Shown: positions 24,034-33,308, counted from the stretch's first letter. The stretch is 35,457 nt of DNA from Patescibacteria group bacterium (GCA_003539915.1 DPNX01000002.1:1-35457); one strand, 5' to 3'. Program-made: numbers and translations. Notes: generated by a model not told the origin, from the letters alone.

Positions 24034-24443
24034 TAACTAAAGGGGTAGTTGAAACTAGAAAAATAGCTCAAGAATTAGCTAAAAAATCAAAAGGTAGAAT
24101 TTTTGCTTTAGTTGGTGAGTTGGGAGCGGGTAAGACAACTTTTGTACAAGCCTTTCTTAAGGCCTTAGGTGTAAAAGGAAGGGTTATGAGCCCAACTTTT
24201 GTAATTATGCGCAATTATCAATTAAAAGATGGTCGTAAGGTGTACCATTTGGATGGTTATAGAATTAAAGAAGATAAAGAGCTGGTAAGTTTGGGTTTTA
24301 AAGATTTAATTAAAGATCCTAATAATATTATTTTAATAGAGTGGGCGGATAGGGTTAAAAAACTTTTACCACCAGAGACTATTTGGTTAGAATTTGAACA
24401 CGGTAAAAATTCTAAAGAAAGAATTATTAAAATTAAGAAATGA
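24030..24443 (+). CDS. tsaE: tRNA t6A37 biosynthesis ATPase TsaE
   Basis: The P-loop GELGAGKTTFVQ is followed by SPTF and then EW. The protein is 137 aa. Confidence 0.85.
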   Translation: MITKGVVETRKIAQELAKKSKGRIFALVGELGAGKTTFVQAFLKALGVKGRVMSPTFVIMRNYQLKDGRKVYHLDGYRIKEDKELVSLGFKDLIKDPNNIILIEWADRVKKLLPPETIWLEFEHGKNSKERIIKIKK

Positions 24444-25312
24444 AAACTTTATTATTAATAGATAATCACGCTTTAATTTATCGTTTTTTTCACGCTCTAC
24501 CACCTCTTACTAATCCTAAGGGAGAGGCGAGTGGTGCTATCTATGGTTTGTCGAGCGTTTTGTTAAAAATAATAAAAGAACAGCGACCAGACTATATTGC
24601 TGCCGCTTTTGATTTACCAGGAAAGACTTTTAGAACTGACTTATATGATCAGTATAAGATTCATCGACCAACCATGCCTAATGATTTGCAGCCGCAAGTA
24701 AAAAAGGCTCGTGAGCTATTCAATGTCTTTGGAATTAAGACTATTGATCAGGAGGGTTTTGAGGCTGATGATGTGATTGGTTCGTTAGCTAAGAAGTTTA
24801 AAGATGAGAAAGATTTAGTAGTGATCATCCTTTCTGGGGACTTAGATGTTCTACAGTTGGTTGTTGGTGAAAAAGTAGTGATTCAGTTTTTAAAGAAAGG
24901 AATTACCGAGACAAAACTTTATGATGAAGAGGCTGTGATAGAGCGTTATGGCGTAACACCAAAACAATTACCAGACCTTAAAGGTTTATTAGGCGATACC
25001 TCGGATAATATTCCTGGTATTAAGGGAGTGGGTCCAAAAACCGCCAGCCCTTTAATAGCTAAATACGGTGATCTTGATGGTTTGTTTGAGAATCTCTGGG
25101 AGCTACCAGAAAAGATCGGAAATAAACTAGAGAATCAAAAAGAATCAGCTTTATTTTCTAAAGACCTAGCTACCATTAGGGTTGATATTCCTCTAAACTT
25201 TTCTTTGGAGGATTTAAAAAGAGAGTCTTTGAGTAGGGATAAGATTAAAGATTTTTTTGAAGAAATGGGTTTTAATAGCTTAATTAAAAGATTGGATAAT
25301 ATTATTGATTAA
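24440..25312 (+). CDS. 5'-3' exonuclease/FEN domain (stand-alone N-terminal module of Pol I)
   Basis: The sequence contains LLLIDNHALIYRFFHA, EADDVIGSL and the H3TH motif GDTSDNIPGIKGVGPKTA. Confidence 0.9.
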   Translation: MKTLLLIDNHALIYRFFHALPPLTNPKGEASGAIYGLSSVLLKIIKEQRPDYIAAAFDLPGKTFRTDLYDQYKIHRPTMPNDLQPQVKKARELFNVFGIKTIDQEGFEADDVIGSLAKKFKDEKDLVVIILSGDLDVLQLVVGEKVVIQFLKKGITETKLYDEEAVIERYGVTPKQLPDLKGLLGDTSDNIPGIKGVGPKTASPLIAKYGDLDGLFENLWELPEKIGNKLENQKESALFSKDLATIRVDIPLNFSLEDLKRESLSRDKIKDFFEEMGFNSLIKRLDNIID

Positions 25313-26601
25313 TGAATCAGGAGATAAAAAATAAAATAGCTAATTGGCTACTTAATCCCGACAATCCTATAGATAATAAAGAGGAGTTGCCTAACAAGCT
25401 TAAGAAAGAAGGTTTAGAAAATATATTTAATGAGATTGAGCTACCCTTAGTTGATGTTTTGAGGTCAATGGAGGAATTAGGGATAAAAATTAATAAGAAT
25501 GAAGTTAAAAAACTTTTAACTAAATACAATAAGGAGCTAAAGGTATTAGAGAAAAAAATTTATAAGGAGGCTGGTGAGGAATTTAATATAAATTCACCCC
25601 AACAACTTTCTAAAATATTATTTGAGAAGCTGGATATTGAGCCAAGAGGGAGAGCAACAAAGAGCGGTTTGCACTCAACTAGAGCAGAGAAGTTACAAGA
25701 ATTAAAAGAAGAGCACTCAATTATTAACTTAATAATTAAATACAGAGAGTCATTTAAAATAAAATCCACTTATCTAGAACCATTATTTAAATTAGGCGAT
25801 CGCGTGCACACTACTTTTCTTCAGACTAGCACTGCTACAGGAAGACTAAGTTCTCAAAATCCCAACCTTCAAAACATTCCTTCTGTAGTTAAAAAAGTTT
25901 TTATAGCTAGCTCGGGATATGAGTTGGTTTCCTTAGACTACTCACAAATTGAATTAAGAATTCTAGCTGGTTTGAGCAACGACCCAAAGATGCTCAAGGC
26001 CTTTAAAGCAGATCAAGATATTCATCGTCTTACAGCGAGTCAGGTTTTTGACATACCTCTTGATAAGGTGACGTCAGAAGAAAGAAATATGGCTAAAACA
26101 CTTAACTTTGGAATTGTTTATGGAATGGGGGCGGTTGCTTTTGCTCGTAGTAGTGGCTTAAGTAGAAAAGAAGCTCGTCATTTTATTGAAGAATATTTTT
26201 CTGATTTTAAAAAAATAAAAAAGTGGCAAGAAGAAGTTAAGGAGAGGGCGAGAAAAAATGGTTACGTTGAGAATCTCAATGGTAGAAAGCGTTGGTTGCC
26301 AGCCATTACCTCTACAAACAAGTTTTTATCTTCCGAGGCTGAGCGAGCAGCAATTAATATGCCGATTCAAAGCTTAGCGGCAGACATTATTAAGTTGGCC
26401 ATGATTAAGGTTCATCAACAATATAAAAATGACGATGTGAGACTTCTTTTATCAATTCATGATGAATTGTTGTTTGAGATTAAGAGTGATAAAGTTAATA
26501 GTGTAGTTAAAAAAATCACTCAAATTATGGAATCGGTTTATAATTTTCCGGTGCATCTTAAAGTTGATGTGTCAGTAGGAAAAAATTGGGCTGATCTTTA
26601 A
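25312..26601 (+). CDS. polA: DNA polymerase I polymerase (family A) domain, with no recognisable 3'-5' exonuclease domain
   Basis: Motif A is LVSLDYSQIELRILA, motif B is RNMAKTLNFGIVYGM and motif C is LLSIHDELLFE. Only about 110 aa precede the fingers/palm region. Confidence 0.9.
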   Translation: MNQEIKNKIANWLLNPDNPIDNKEELPNKLKKEGLENIFNEIELPLVDVLRSMEELGIKINKNEVKKLLTKYNKELKVLEKKIYKEAGEEFNINSPQQLSKILFEKLDIEPRGRATKSGLHSTRAEKLQELKEEHSIINLIIKYRESFKIKSTYLEPLFKLGDRVHTTFLQTSTATGRLSSQNPNLQNIPSVVKKVFIASSGYELVSLDYSQIELRILAGLSNDPKMLKAFKADQDIHRLTASQVFDIPLDKVTSEERNMAKTLNFGIVYGMGAVAFARSSGLSRKEARHFIEEYFSDFKKIKKWQEEVKERARKNGYVENLNGRKRWLPAITSTNKFLSSEAERAAINMPIQSLAADIIKLAMIKVHQQYKNDDVRLLLSIHDELLFEIKSDKVNSVVKKITQIMESVYNFPVHLKVDVSVGKNWADL

Positions 26602-26609
26602 TAAAGACT

Positions 26610-27761
26610 TTGTTTTTTAGAAAGAAAGAAAAAATAGAAGAAGATTTTTCTTGGTCACCTGACCAAGGGCTGCTTAGCGCTTTAATAACGGGTTTGGAGG
26701 AAGGAGTTATTGTTTATGATAAAGATTTTAGGGTTTCTAATTTTAATAAAGCAGCGGAAGACATCTTTGAAACTAAGGCTAGTGAAGTGGTTGGAAGAAC
26801 CTTCTCTTTAACTAAGGCTAAAAGCTTTAAATCAAAGACCTTAGCCCAAGCTATATTTCCCTCTTTAGCTCCTACAGTCATTAGAAGATCTGAACCAGGT
26901 ACTTATCCTCAGATAATAGAGGTTTCTTTAGAAAATCCTGTTAAAGAGTTGCGCATAGTTACTCATAAGGTGGAGGATGATCTGGGTAAGACGTGGGGTT
27001 TTATTAAGGTGATTAAAGATAGAACTAGAGAATTAGAATTGCTAAGAGCTAAAAGTGATTTTATAACAATTGCCGCTCACCAACTACGAACACCAACCAC
27101 AGCTCTTAACTGGGCGTTAGATAGTTTGAATAAAGATAAGAATTTAAGTAAAGAGAGTAAGGGGGAGTTAAAGATTGCTCGACAGACAGCTAAAAATCTT
27201 CTTAATACTATTAATGATTTAATTAATATTACTCAAATAGAGGAGGGTAAATTTGGTTATAGTTTTAAGAAGTTAGAGCTAAACAAGTTCTTATCCAAAT
27301 TATTATCTGATGCTGATGTGATAGCAAAAGAGTATAAGGTTAAGCTTTATTACAAGCGTCCAAAATCAAAAGAGGTTTTTGTTAGTGCTGATAAGGCTCG
27401 CTTAGGATTAGCAATAGCTAATCTTATTGATAATGCTATTAAATATAATGTCCCTAATGGTCAGGTAATTATTGGTTTAAAAAAACTACCCAATAAGCCT
27501 ATGGTAGAAATTAGCGTTCAAGATACTGGCGTAGGTATTCCAAAGAGTGATATTGGTAAATTATTTACCAAGTTTTTTAGAGCAAAAAATATTGAACAAT
27601 ATGGCGTTGAGGGTTCTGGCTTAGGGCTCTTTTTAACTAAGAATATTATTGCTCGTCATGGAGGAACTATTAGAGTTGAGTCGGTAGAGAATAGAGGAAG
27701 TACTTTTTATTTCACCTTACCCACCGATTCTAAATTAATACCTTTAAAAAAATTAGAATAA
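26610..27761 (+). CDS. Soluble PAS-domain sensor histidine kinase (no TM segment)
   Basis: The PAS-like region is GVIVYDKDFRVSNFNKAAEDIF. The H-box is FITIAAHQLRTPTTAL, the N-box NLIDNAIKYN, G1 VQDTGVGIP and G2 GSGLGL. TTG is the only plausible start. Confidence 0.85.
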   Translation: MFFRKKEKIEEDFSWSPDQGLLSALITGLEEGVIVYDKDFRVSNFNKAAEDIFETKASEVVGRTFSLTKAKSFKSKTLAQAIFPSLAPTVIRRSEPGTYPQIIEVSLENPVKELRIVTHKVEDDLGKTWGFIKVIKDRTRELELLRAKSDFITIAAHQLRTPTTALNWALDSLNKDKNLSKESKGELKIARQTAKNLLNTINDLINITQIEEGKFGYSFKKLELNKFLSKLLSDADVIAKEYKVKLYYKRPKSKEVFVSADKARLGLAIANLIDNAIKYNVPNGQVIIGLKKLPNKPMVEISVQDTGVGIPKSDIGKLFTKFFRAKNIEQYGVEGSGLGLFLTKNIIARHGGTIRVESVENRGSTFYFTLPTDSKLIPLKKLE

Positions 27762-27764
27762 TAC

Positions 27765-28613
27765 ATGCCCGAGTTACCAGAGGTGCAAACAACTATTGAT
27801 GGTTTAAATAAAAAGATCCGCCAAAGGCGGATTATTTCTACTTGGAATGATTGGCCTAAGTTTAGTTCAGTAGAAAAAACCCAAGGGCATACTATTAAAA
27901 AAATAGAACGGATTGGTAAGAATATTCTCTTCTATTTTACGGACCCACACATTTTATTAGTACATATGAAGATGACGGGTCATTTGTTGGTAGGAGAGTG
28001 GAAAATAGGAAGAGATGGGGTGATCCCTATAAAACCCAAGGAGATGAAAGAGAGAATAAATGGCTTTATTCATTTTATTTTAGTTTTAGACGATGGGAAG
28101 ATGGTGGCTTTTTCTGATGTTAGAAAATTTGGAAAAGTGGTCTTTGGTACTTTAGATGAGATAGAAAATTTACCAGAGCTGAAGAAGCTTGGGCCTGATG
28201 CTTTAAAAATATCCCTTAAGGATTTTTCAGAGAGAGTTCTTAAGAAGAAGAAAACCATTTATCAAACATTATTAGATCAAGATGTGGTAGCGGGCATTGG
28301 TAATATTTATGTTAGCGAGATTCTTTGGCAGGTTAAGGTACACCCTTTAACACCTGCTAATAAATTAAACAAAGATCAATTAAAGGAGATGTGTAAAGCT
28401 ACTAAACAGATATTATCGAAGGCGGTTAAATTTAGAGGCACCTCGGTAGATGATTATAGAGACGCTTCAGGAAAGAGAGGTGGTTATGCTGACCATCGTT
28501 TAGCTTATGGAAGAGAGGGTGAGGGGTGTAAGAGATGTGAAGTAAAAATGAAGAGAGCTAAGAAAGGAGGGAGGTCCTTTCATTATTGTCCGGATTGTCA
28601 GAAGCTCAATTAA
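27765..28613 (+). CDS. mutM: Formamidopyrimidine-DNA glycosylase
   Basis: The N-terminus is MPELPEV, with catalytic Pro2/Glu3. The C-terminal zinc finger is CKRC...CPDC. Confidence 0.93.
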   Translation: MPELPEVQTTIDGLNKKIRQRRIISTWNDWPKFSSVEKTQGHTIKKIERIGKNILFYFTDPHILLVHMKMTGHLLVGEWKIGRDGVIPIKPKEMKERINGFIHFILVLDDGKMVAFSDVRKFGKVVFGTLDEIENLPELKKLGPDALKISLKDFSERVLKKKKTIYQTLLDQDVVAGIGNIYVSEILWQVKVHPLTPANKLNKDQLKEMCKATKQILSKAVKFRGTSVDDYRDASGKRGGYADHRLAYGREGEGCKRCEVKMKRAKKGGRSFHYCPDCQKLN

Positions 28614-28634
28614 ATATCTAATCGTTCGCATTTT

Positions 28635-28643
28635 TGGTATAAT
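28635..28643 (+). promoter_or_regulatory. Extended -10 promoter TGGTATAAT, 8 nt before the holA ATG
   Basis: A TGnTATAAT match lies at 28635-28643 and the ATG at 28652. There is no Shine-Dalgarno. Confidence 0.5.
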
Positions 28644-28651
28644 AGAAGCCA

Positions 28652-29413
28652 ATGATTATATATCTTCACGGCCCTGATTCGTATCGACGTCAGCAAAAAC
28701 TTAAGGAAATAGTTAGAGAGTATAAGAAGAGACATTCTAGCTTAACAATTGAGCGTTTTTATTTTGATGAAGGAAAAGAGGAGTCTGTTAAATTTACAAA
28801 CTTTGTTAAGGGGCAGTCTTTATTTGGTGGTCATCGTTTAGCAATAACTTCTAACGTGGGAGTTATTAAAGAAAAGAACGTTATTGAATTATTTAAAACC
28901 TTATCAGAGGAAAAAGAGGTGGTAATACTTATCTCAGAAGAAAAGACTCTTAATAAGGACTTCTCCTTTCTTGCTAAAGACCCGGTGATTAACCAAGAAT
29001 TCAAGGACCTTACATCAACCCAAATTCATCTATTTATTAAACAAGAGGCTGTAAAAAGAAAGCTTTCTTTATCGTCGTCTGATATTGGTATGATTGCTGA
29101 AACTTATAGAAATGATAATTGGGGGATTGTAACAGAGTTAGACAAGTTAGCTTTAGGAGGGTCAGTTACCCAATCATTACCACAAGCCAGCCTTTTTCAA
29201 ATGTTATTTAAATTACAAAAGAGATTTCCTCTTAATGTGAGGATGTCTACCCTAGAAAAGTTATTGGTAGATGAAGATTCAGCTAAAATATTTAATTTGT
29301 TAGCATATCAAAAAAACGTCGCAGCTAGAGATGTTTTTGCTAACTACGACGTTTTGGTGAAGTCTGGTAAGTTGGATTATGAATCGGTTTTACTAGACTT
29401 AGCGATTCTTTGA
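28652..29413 (+). CDS. holA: DNA polymerase III delta subunit (HolA)-like, short form
   Basis: The opening MIIYLHGPDSYRRQQKLKEI is typical of small-genome HolA proteins. SLFGGHRLAI and ELDKLAL motifs are present. Confidence 0.65.
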   Translation: MIIYLHGPDSYRRQQKLKEIVREYKKRHSSLTIERFYFDEGKEESVKFTNFVKGQSLFGGHRLAITSNVGVIKEKNVIELFKTLSEEKEVVILISEEKTLNKDFSFLAKDPVINQEFKDLTSTQIHLFIKQEAVKRKLSLSSSDIGMIAETYRNDNWGIVTELDKLALGGSVTQSLPQASLFQMLFKLQKRFPLNVRMSTLEKLLVDEDSAKIFNLLAYQKNVAARDVFANYDVLVKSGKLDYESVLLDLAIL

Positions 29414-29649
29414 GTTAAGCGAGACTTAAGTCTGCTAGCTCTATTCTTATGAATAAGATTTTTCTTAGCAGCTTTATCTAGCTTCTTATAAACACCAGAA
29501 AGCATTTTGGTTGCTTCCTCCGGCTTGCTTTCAGCAGCTTTTTTAAAGTCTCTAACAACTTCTTTAAGAGCCTTTTTCTGTGACAAATTACGCGCACGTC
29601 GATGTTGGCTTTGTCTTAAAGATTTCTTAACTGATTCTGTATTAGGCAT
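29377..29649 (-). CDS. rpsT: 30S ribosomal protein S20
   Basis: The sequence is MPNTESVKKSLRQSQHRRARNLSQKKALK..., a 90-aa basic protein. Confidence 0.92.
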   Translation of the reverse strand: MPNTESVKKSLRQSQHRRARNLSQKKALKEVVRDFKKAAESKPEEATKMLSGVYKKLDKAAKKNLIHKNRASRLKSRLTQRIAKSSKTDS

Positions 29650-29657
29650 ATAGAGAG

Positions 29658-29686
29658 ATGATAGGGAAAAAAATTAAGTTAGTCAA
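29658..29686 (-). promoter_or_regulatory. rpsT promoter TTGACT-17 nt-TATCAT, with the -10 ending 8 nt before the ATG
   Basis: On the minus strand the -35 TTGACT is at 29681-29686 and overlaps the uvrB stop. The -10 TATCAT is at 29658-29663 and the start is at 29649. Confidence 0.55.
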
Positions 29687-31472
29687 CATTAAAATTACTA
29701 ACCATAATAGGTTTATTTAATTCTTGGGGAGTAATGCCGCTTTTTTTATTAAACCTTATCTGAGCCAGACGACGTCTTTTAGTCTCGTTTAAAGTTTGTT
29801 TAATAGAGTTGGTTAGAAGATCAGCATAAAGAATAACTTGGCCTTTAGTGGAGCGAGCTGCTCGACCAGCCATTTGAATAAGGCCTCGATAGTTACGAAG
29901 AAAACCCTCTCTATCAGCGTCTAGGATGGCAACTAGACTTACCTCAGGTAGGTCTAGGCCCTCACGTAACAAGTTAACACCAACTACTACATCTATTTCA
30001 CCGCGACGCAAAGAAGCTAAAACCTCTGGGCGTTTTAAGGTTTTAATTTCTGAATGAAGATATGTTGCTTTAATACCTTGGTCTAAGAGGTACTCGGTTA
30101 AATCCTCAGCCGATCTCTTAGTTAGAGTGAGTGCTAGACAGCGTTCGTTTTTGGATACACGAGCCTTAATTTCTTTTAATAAATCTACTACCTGAGTTTG
30201 AGCTGGTCTAATAGATATTTTAGGATCTAAGATACCAGTAGGTCTTACCATCTGTTCAACAATACAACTACCTTTCTTAGCCTTTTCTAGTTCATAGTCG
30301 CCAGGGGTAGCAGAAACATAAATAGTTTGATCAATTTTTTCTTCAAACTCTTCAAAGCGTAGTGGGCGATTGTCTATAGCAGAAGGTAGGCGGTAGCCGT
30401 AGGCTATTAAAGAATCTTTTCTTTTTGAGTCACCAGCTTGCATAGCTCTTAATTGAGGGATGGTGATGTGAGATTCATCAACTATTAATAGAAAGGGCTT
30501 AGGCATATAATCTAATAGCGTAAGAGCAGGTTCGCCTGGTTTACGAAAATCAAAGTGACGAGAATAGTTTTCAACGCCATTAACGTAGCCTTGTTTCTTT
30601 AACATCTCAATATCAAACAAAGTCTTTTTTTCTAGACGCTCAGCTTCTTCAAGTCTACCGTCTGATTGAAATTTTTTAACTCGTTCTTCCATTTCACTTT
30701 TAATATTTTGCAAAGCAAGATTGAATTGATGTTGAGGAGTTGTCCAGAATTTAGCGGGGTAAATATCTAACTTCTTTTTATTCTTACCATCTATTTTAAT
30801 AGAGGTAATTTTTTTACGATTCATTTCAAGCTCTACTTTTTCATCTGTGACAAGATGAATAATTATTTTGCCAGTTCCTAATCTATTAGTGTTTAAAATA
30901 TATTCACCTGGAACAATTTTATCGCGACTACGAACGTATTGAAGTAGCCCTAGGTGGTGAGATAAATCTTTATTACTAATAACCCCACCAATTCTTAATT
31001 CTAAACGAGCCTTTTTATAATTATCGGGACTACCGATGCCATAAATACAGGAGACAGAAGCAATAACTAGAGAGTCTTTTCTAGTAAATAGATTTTGAAT
31101 AGTAGCGTGACGTAGTTTATCGATCTCTGAATTGATACGGGCGTCTTTTTGAATGTAAGTTTTATCTACTGGTAAATAAGCTTCGGGTTGGTAGTAGTCG
31201 TAATAGGAGACAAAATAGTTAACGGAGTTTTTGGGGAAAAATGATTTGAATTCTTGGTAGAGTTGAGCGGCTAAAATTTTATTAGGAGAAATCACTAGAG
31301 TTGGCATATTTAATTCTTCGATAGCTGAAGCTATGGTAAAGGTTTTACCAGACCCAGTCACACCTAATAGGACCTGGTTTTTGTGGTCCTTTCTAACTCC
31401 TTCGACGAGTTTTTTAATAGCTTGTGGTTGGTCGCCTCCAGGTTTGAAGGGTGATACCAGCTTAAACTTCAT
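29679..31472 (-). CDS. uvrB: Excinuclease ABC subunit B, lacking the C-terminal UVR domain
   Basis: The sequence contains KLVSPFKPGGDQPQAI, Walker A GVTGSGKTF, DESH and QMAGRAARS. I prefer Met14 of the tracked ORF as the start, because a minus-strand TATAAT (31483-31488) lies inside the longer ORF. Confidence 0.92.
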   Translation of the reverse strand: MKFKLVSPFKPGGDQPQAIKKLVEGVRKDHKNQVLLGVTGSGKTFTIASAIEELNMPTLVISPNKILAAQLYQEFKSFFPKNSVNYFVSYYDYYQPEAYLPVDKTYIQKDARINSEIDKLRHATIQNLFTRKDSLVIASVSCIYGIGSPDNYKKARLELRIGGVISNKDLSHHLGLLQYVRSRDKIVPGEYILNTNRLGTGKIIIHLVTDEKVELEMNRKKITSIKIDGKNKKKLDIYPAKFWTTPQHQFNLALQNIKSEMEERVKKFQSDGRLEEAERLEKKTLFDIEMLKKQGYVNGVENYSRHFDFRKPGEPALTLLDYMPKPFLLIVDESHITIPQLRAMQAGDSKRKDSLIAYGYRLPSAIDNRPLRFEEFEEKIDQTIYVSATPGDYELEKAKKGSCIVEQMVRPTGILDPKISIRPAQTQVVDLLKEIKARVSKNERCLALTLTKRSAEDLTEYLLDQGIKATYLHSEIKTLKRPEVLASLRRGEIDVVVGVNLLREGLDLPEVSLVAILDADREGFLRNYRGLIQMAGRAARSTKGQVILYADLLTNSIKQTLNETKRRRLAQIRFNKKSGITPQELNKPIMVSNFNVD

Positions 31473-31552
31473 AAGGACCCATATTATAAAGGAAAAATGG
31501 CTTTTTGTCATCTAGAGTTGTTATCTAAGGCCTCGTTCTATACTATATAGGT

Positions 31553-32128
31553 ATGATTTATCGTTTATCAGGGGAATTAGTGTCTAAAAAGGAGAATTTT
31601 ATAATTATTGATGTTAACAAGGTTAATTACAAAGTATTCGTATCACCCAAAACTCATCAAGCCTTACCAGCAAATGGAGAAGAGTCACAGATCTATACTT
31701 ACTTAAATGTAAAAGAGGATGCCTTAGATTTGTATGGCTTTCTAACTGAGTCTGAACTAGGATTCTTTGAAAAGCTGATTAGTATTAGCGGTGTTGGTCC
31801 TCGCTCAGCTTTAGGGGTGATGGCAGTAGCTCCAGTTGACCAGTTGATAGCAACTATTAATGAAGGTAAGCCGGAGTTGTTGACTCGTGCCTCAGGAATT
31901 GGTAAAAAAACGGCAGATAGAGTGGTTCTAGAATTGAGAGGTAAGGTGGCTGCTATAGGAACGGAAAATGTGGTGAGGGCTATGGAGTCTGATATTGAAT
32001 TAGAGGAGGCTTTGATAAGTTTGGATTATAGCAAGGCTCAAGCTAAGAAGATAACCGCTCAAATTGATCCTAAACTAACAAGATTAGAGGATCGTCTGCG
32101 AGCTGCTCTAAAGAAAATAGAAAAATGA
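31553..32128 (+). CDS. ruvA: Holliday junction DNA helicase subunit RuvA
   Basis: The opening is MIYRLSGEL, and the HhH motifs are ISISGVGPRSAL and ASGIGKKTADRV. The protein is 191 aa. Confidence 0.9.
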   Translation: MIYRLSGELVSKKENFIIIDVNKVNYKVFVSPKTHQALPANGEESQIYTYLNVKEDALDLYGFLTESELGFFEKLISISGVGPRSALGVMAVAPVDQLIATINEGKPELLTRASGIGKKTADRVVLELRGKVAAIGTENVVRAMESDIELEEALISLDYSKAQAKKITAQIDPKLTRLEDRLRAALKKIEK

Positions 32129-33276
32129 GTTTTTTAAGAAAAATTTTTTACAGCATACCAGGACTACCTTGGTTGTATCATTTCAGCTGGTCCTTTTTGG
32201 GAGCGGCTGTTTACGGTTTTCCGTCAAAAGATATTTTTGTGATTGGAATTACCGGAACTAAAGGGAAAACTACTGTTATTGAATTATTAAATCACATTTT
32301 AGAGGTGGCTGGCGAGAAGACTGCGGTTCTTTCATCTATTAAAGTTAAGGTTGGGAATAAGGAGGATAAAAACAAGACAGAGACTACTATGCCAGGTCGT
32401 TTCTTCATTCAAAGATTTTTAAGTCAAGCGGTTAAAGCTGATTGTCGATATGCAATTATTGAGGTTACATCAGAAGGTATCTCAGCTAATCGACACCGTT
32501 TTATAAAATGGGATGTGGTGGGTTTGATAAATCTAGCTCCAGAGCACATTGAAGCCCACGGTTCATTTGAAAAGTATAAAGAGGCTAAGTTAAAGCTTTT
32601 TAAAATAGCTAAGAAGCTTTGTTTTATTAATAAGAACGATAAGTATGCCGAAGAGTTTGAGCGGGTCGCTCAAGGTCGCGTGGTTTGGTTTAGAAAGAGC
32701 GAGTTAAAGAGCAAATTAATGGGAGAGTTTAATAGATATAATGTAGGAATGGCTGAAGCTATTACTAAAGAGTTGGGAGTTAGTGAAAAAAATATTGTTA
32801 AAGCCGTATTAGAGTTTAGTGGCATTCCTGGAAGAATGGAGCTTGTGCAAAAAGAGCCTTTTGCAGTGATAGTTGATTATGCTCACACGCCAGATTCTTT
32901 AAGGGCAGTTTATGAGAGTTTAGCTACGAAATATAAAAAAATAATTTGTGTTCTTGGGTCAGCTGGAGGTGGTAGAGATAAGTGGAAGAGAGTAGAGATG
33001 GGAAAGATTGCTGCTGAGTATGGTGATGAGATTATCTTAACTAATGAAGATTCTTATAATGAAGAGCCAGAAGATATAATCGAGGAGATTGCTCAAGGCT
33101 GTCCTAAAGCTCAAAAGATAGTTGATCGTGAGGAGGCTATTAAGACTGCTATCAATTTAGCTCAACCAGGAGATGTGGTGATAATTACTGGTAAGGGTAG
33201 TGAAAATTCTATTCATATAAAAGGAGGTAAGACTATTGATTGGAGTGATAAAGAGACTGTTTTAAAGAACTTGTAG
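32125..33276 (+). CDS. Mur ligase family protein (MurE-like), without the usual N-terminal UDP-binding domain
   Basis: The P-loop is GITGTKGKTT, with NLAPEHIEAHGSFEKY and DYAHTPDSL. TNEDSYNEEP occupies the place of the MurE DNPR motif. Confidence 0.7.
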   Translation: MSFLRKIFYSIPGLPWLYHFSWSFLGAAVYGFPSKDIFVIGITGTKGKTTVIELLNHILEVAGEKTAVLSSIKVKVGNKEDKNKTETTMPGRFFIQRFLSQAVKADCRYAIIEVTSEGISANRHRFIKWDVVGLINLAPEHIEAHGSFEKYKEAKLKLFKIAKKLCFINKNDKYAEEFERVAQGRVVWFRKSELKSKLMGEFNRYNVGMAEAITKELGVSEKNIVKAVLEFSGIPGRMELVQKEPFAVIVDYAHTPDSLRAVYESLATKYKKIICVLGSAGGGRDKWKRVEMGKIAAEYGDEIILTNEDSYNEEPEDIIEEIAQGCPKAQKIVDREEAIKTAINLAQPGDVVIITGKGSENSIHIKGGKTIDWSDKETVLKNL

Positions 33277-33308
33277 AGTTATTAAGAGTTAATTTTTGAG
33301 AAATATTA

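Noticed and set aside
31473-31511. Longer UvrB N-terminus (MTKSHFSFIIWVL...) from the tracked ORF
   Set aside because: The conserved UvrB opening begins at MKFKLVSPFKP. A minus-strand TATAAT (31483-31488) lies inside the extension, which is hydrophobic and unlike UvrB.
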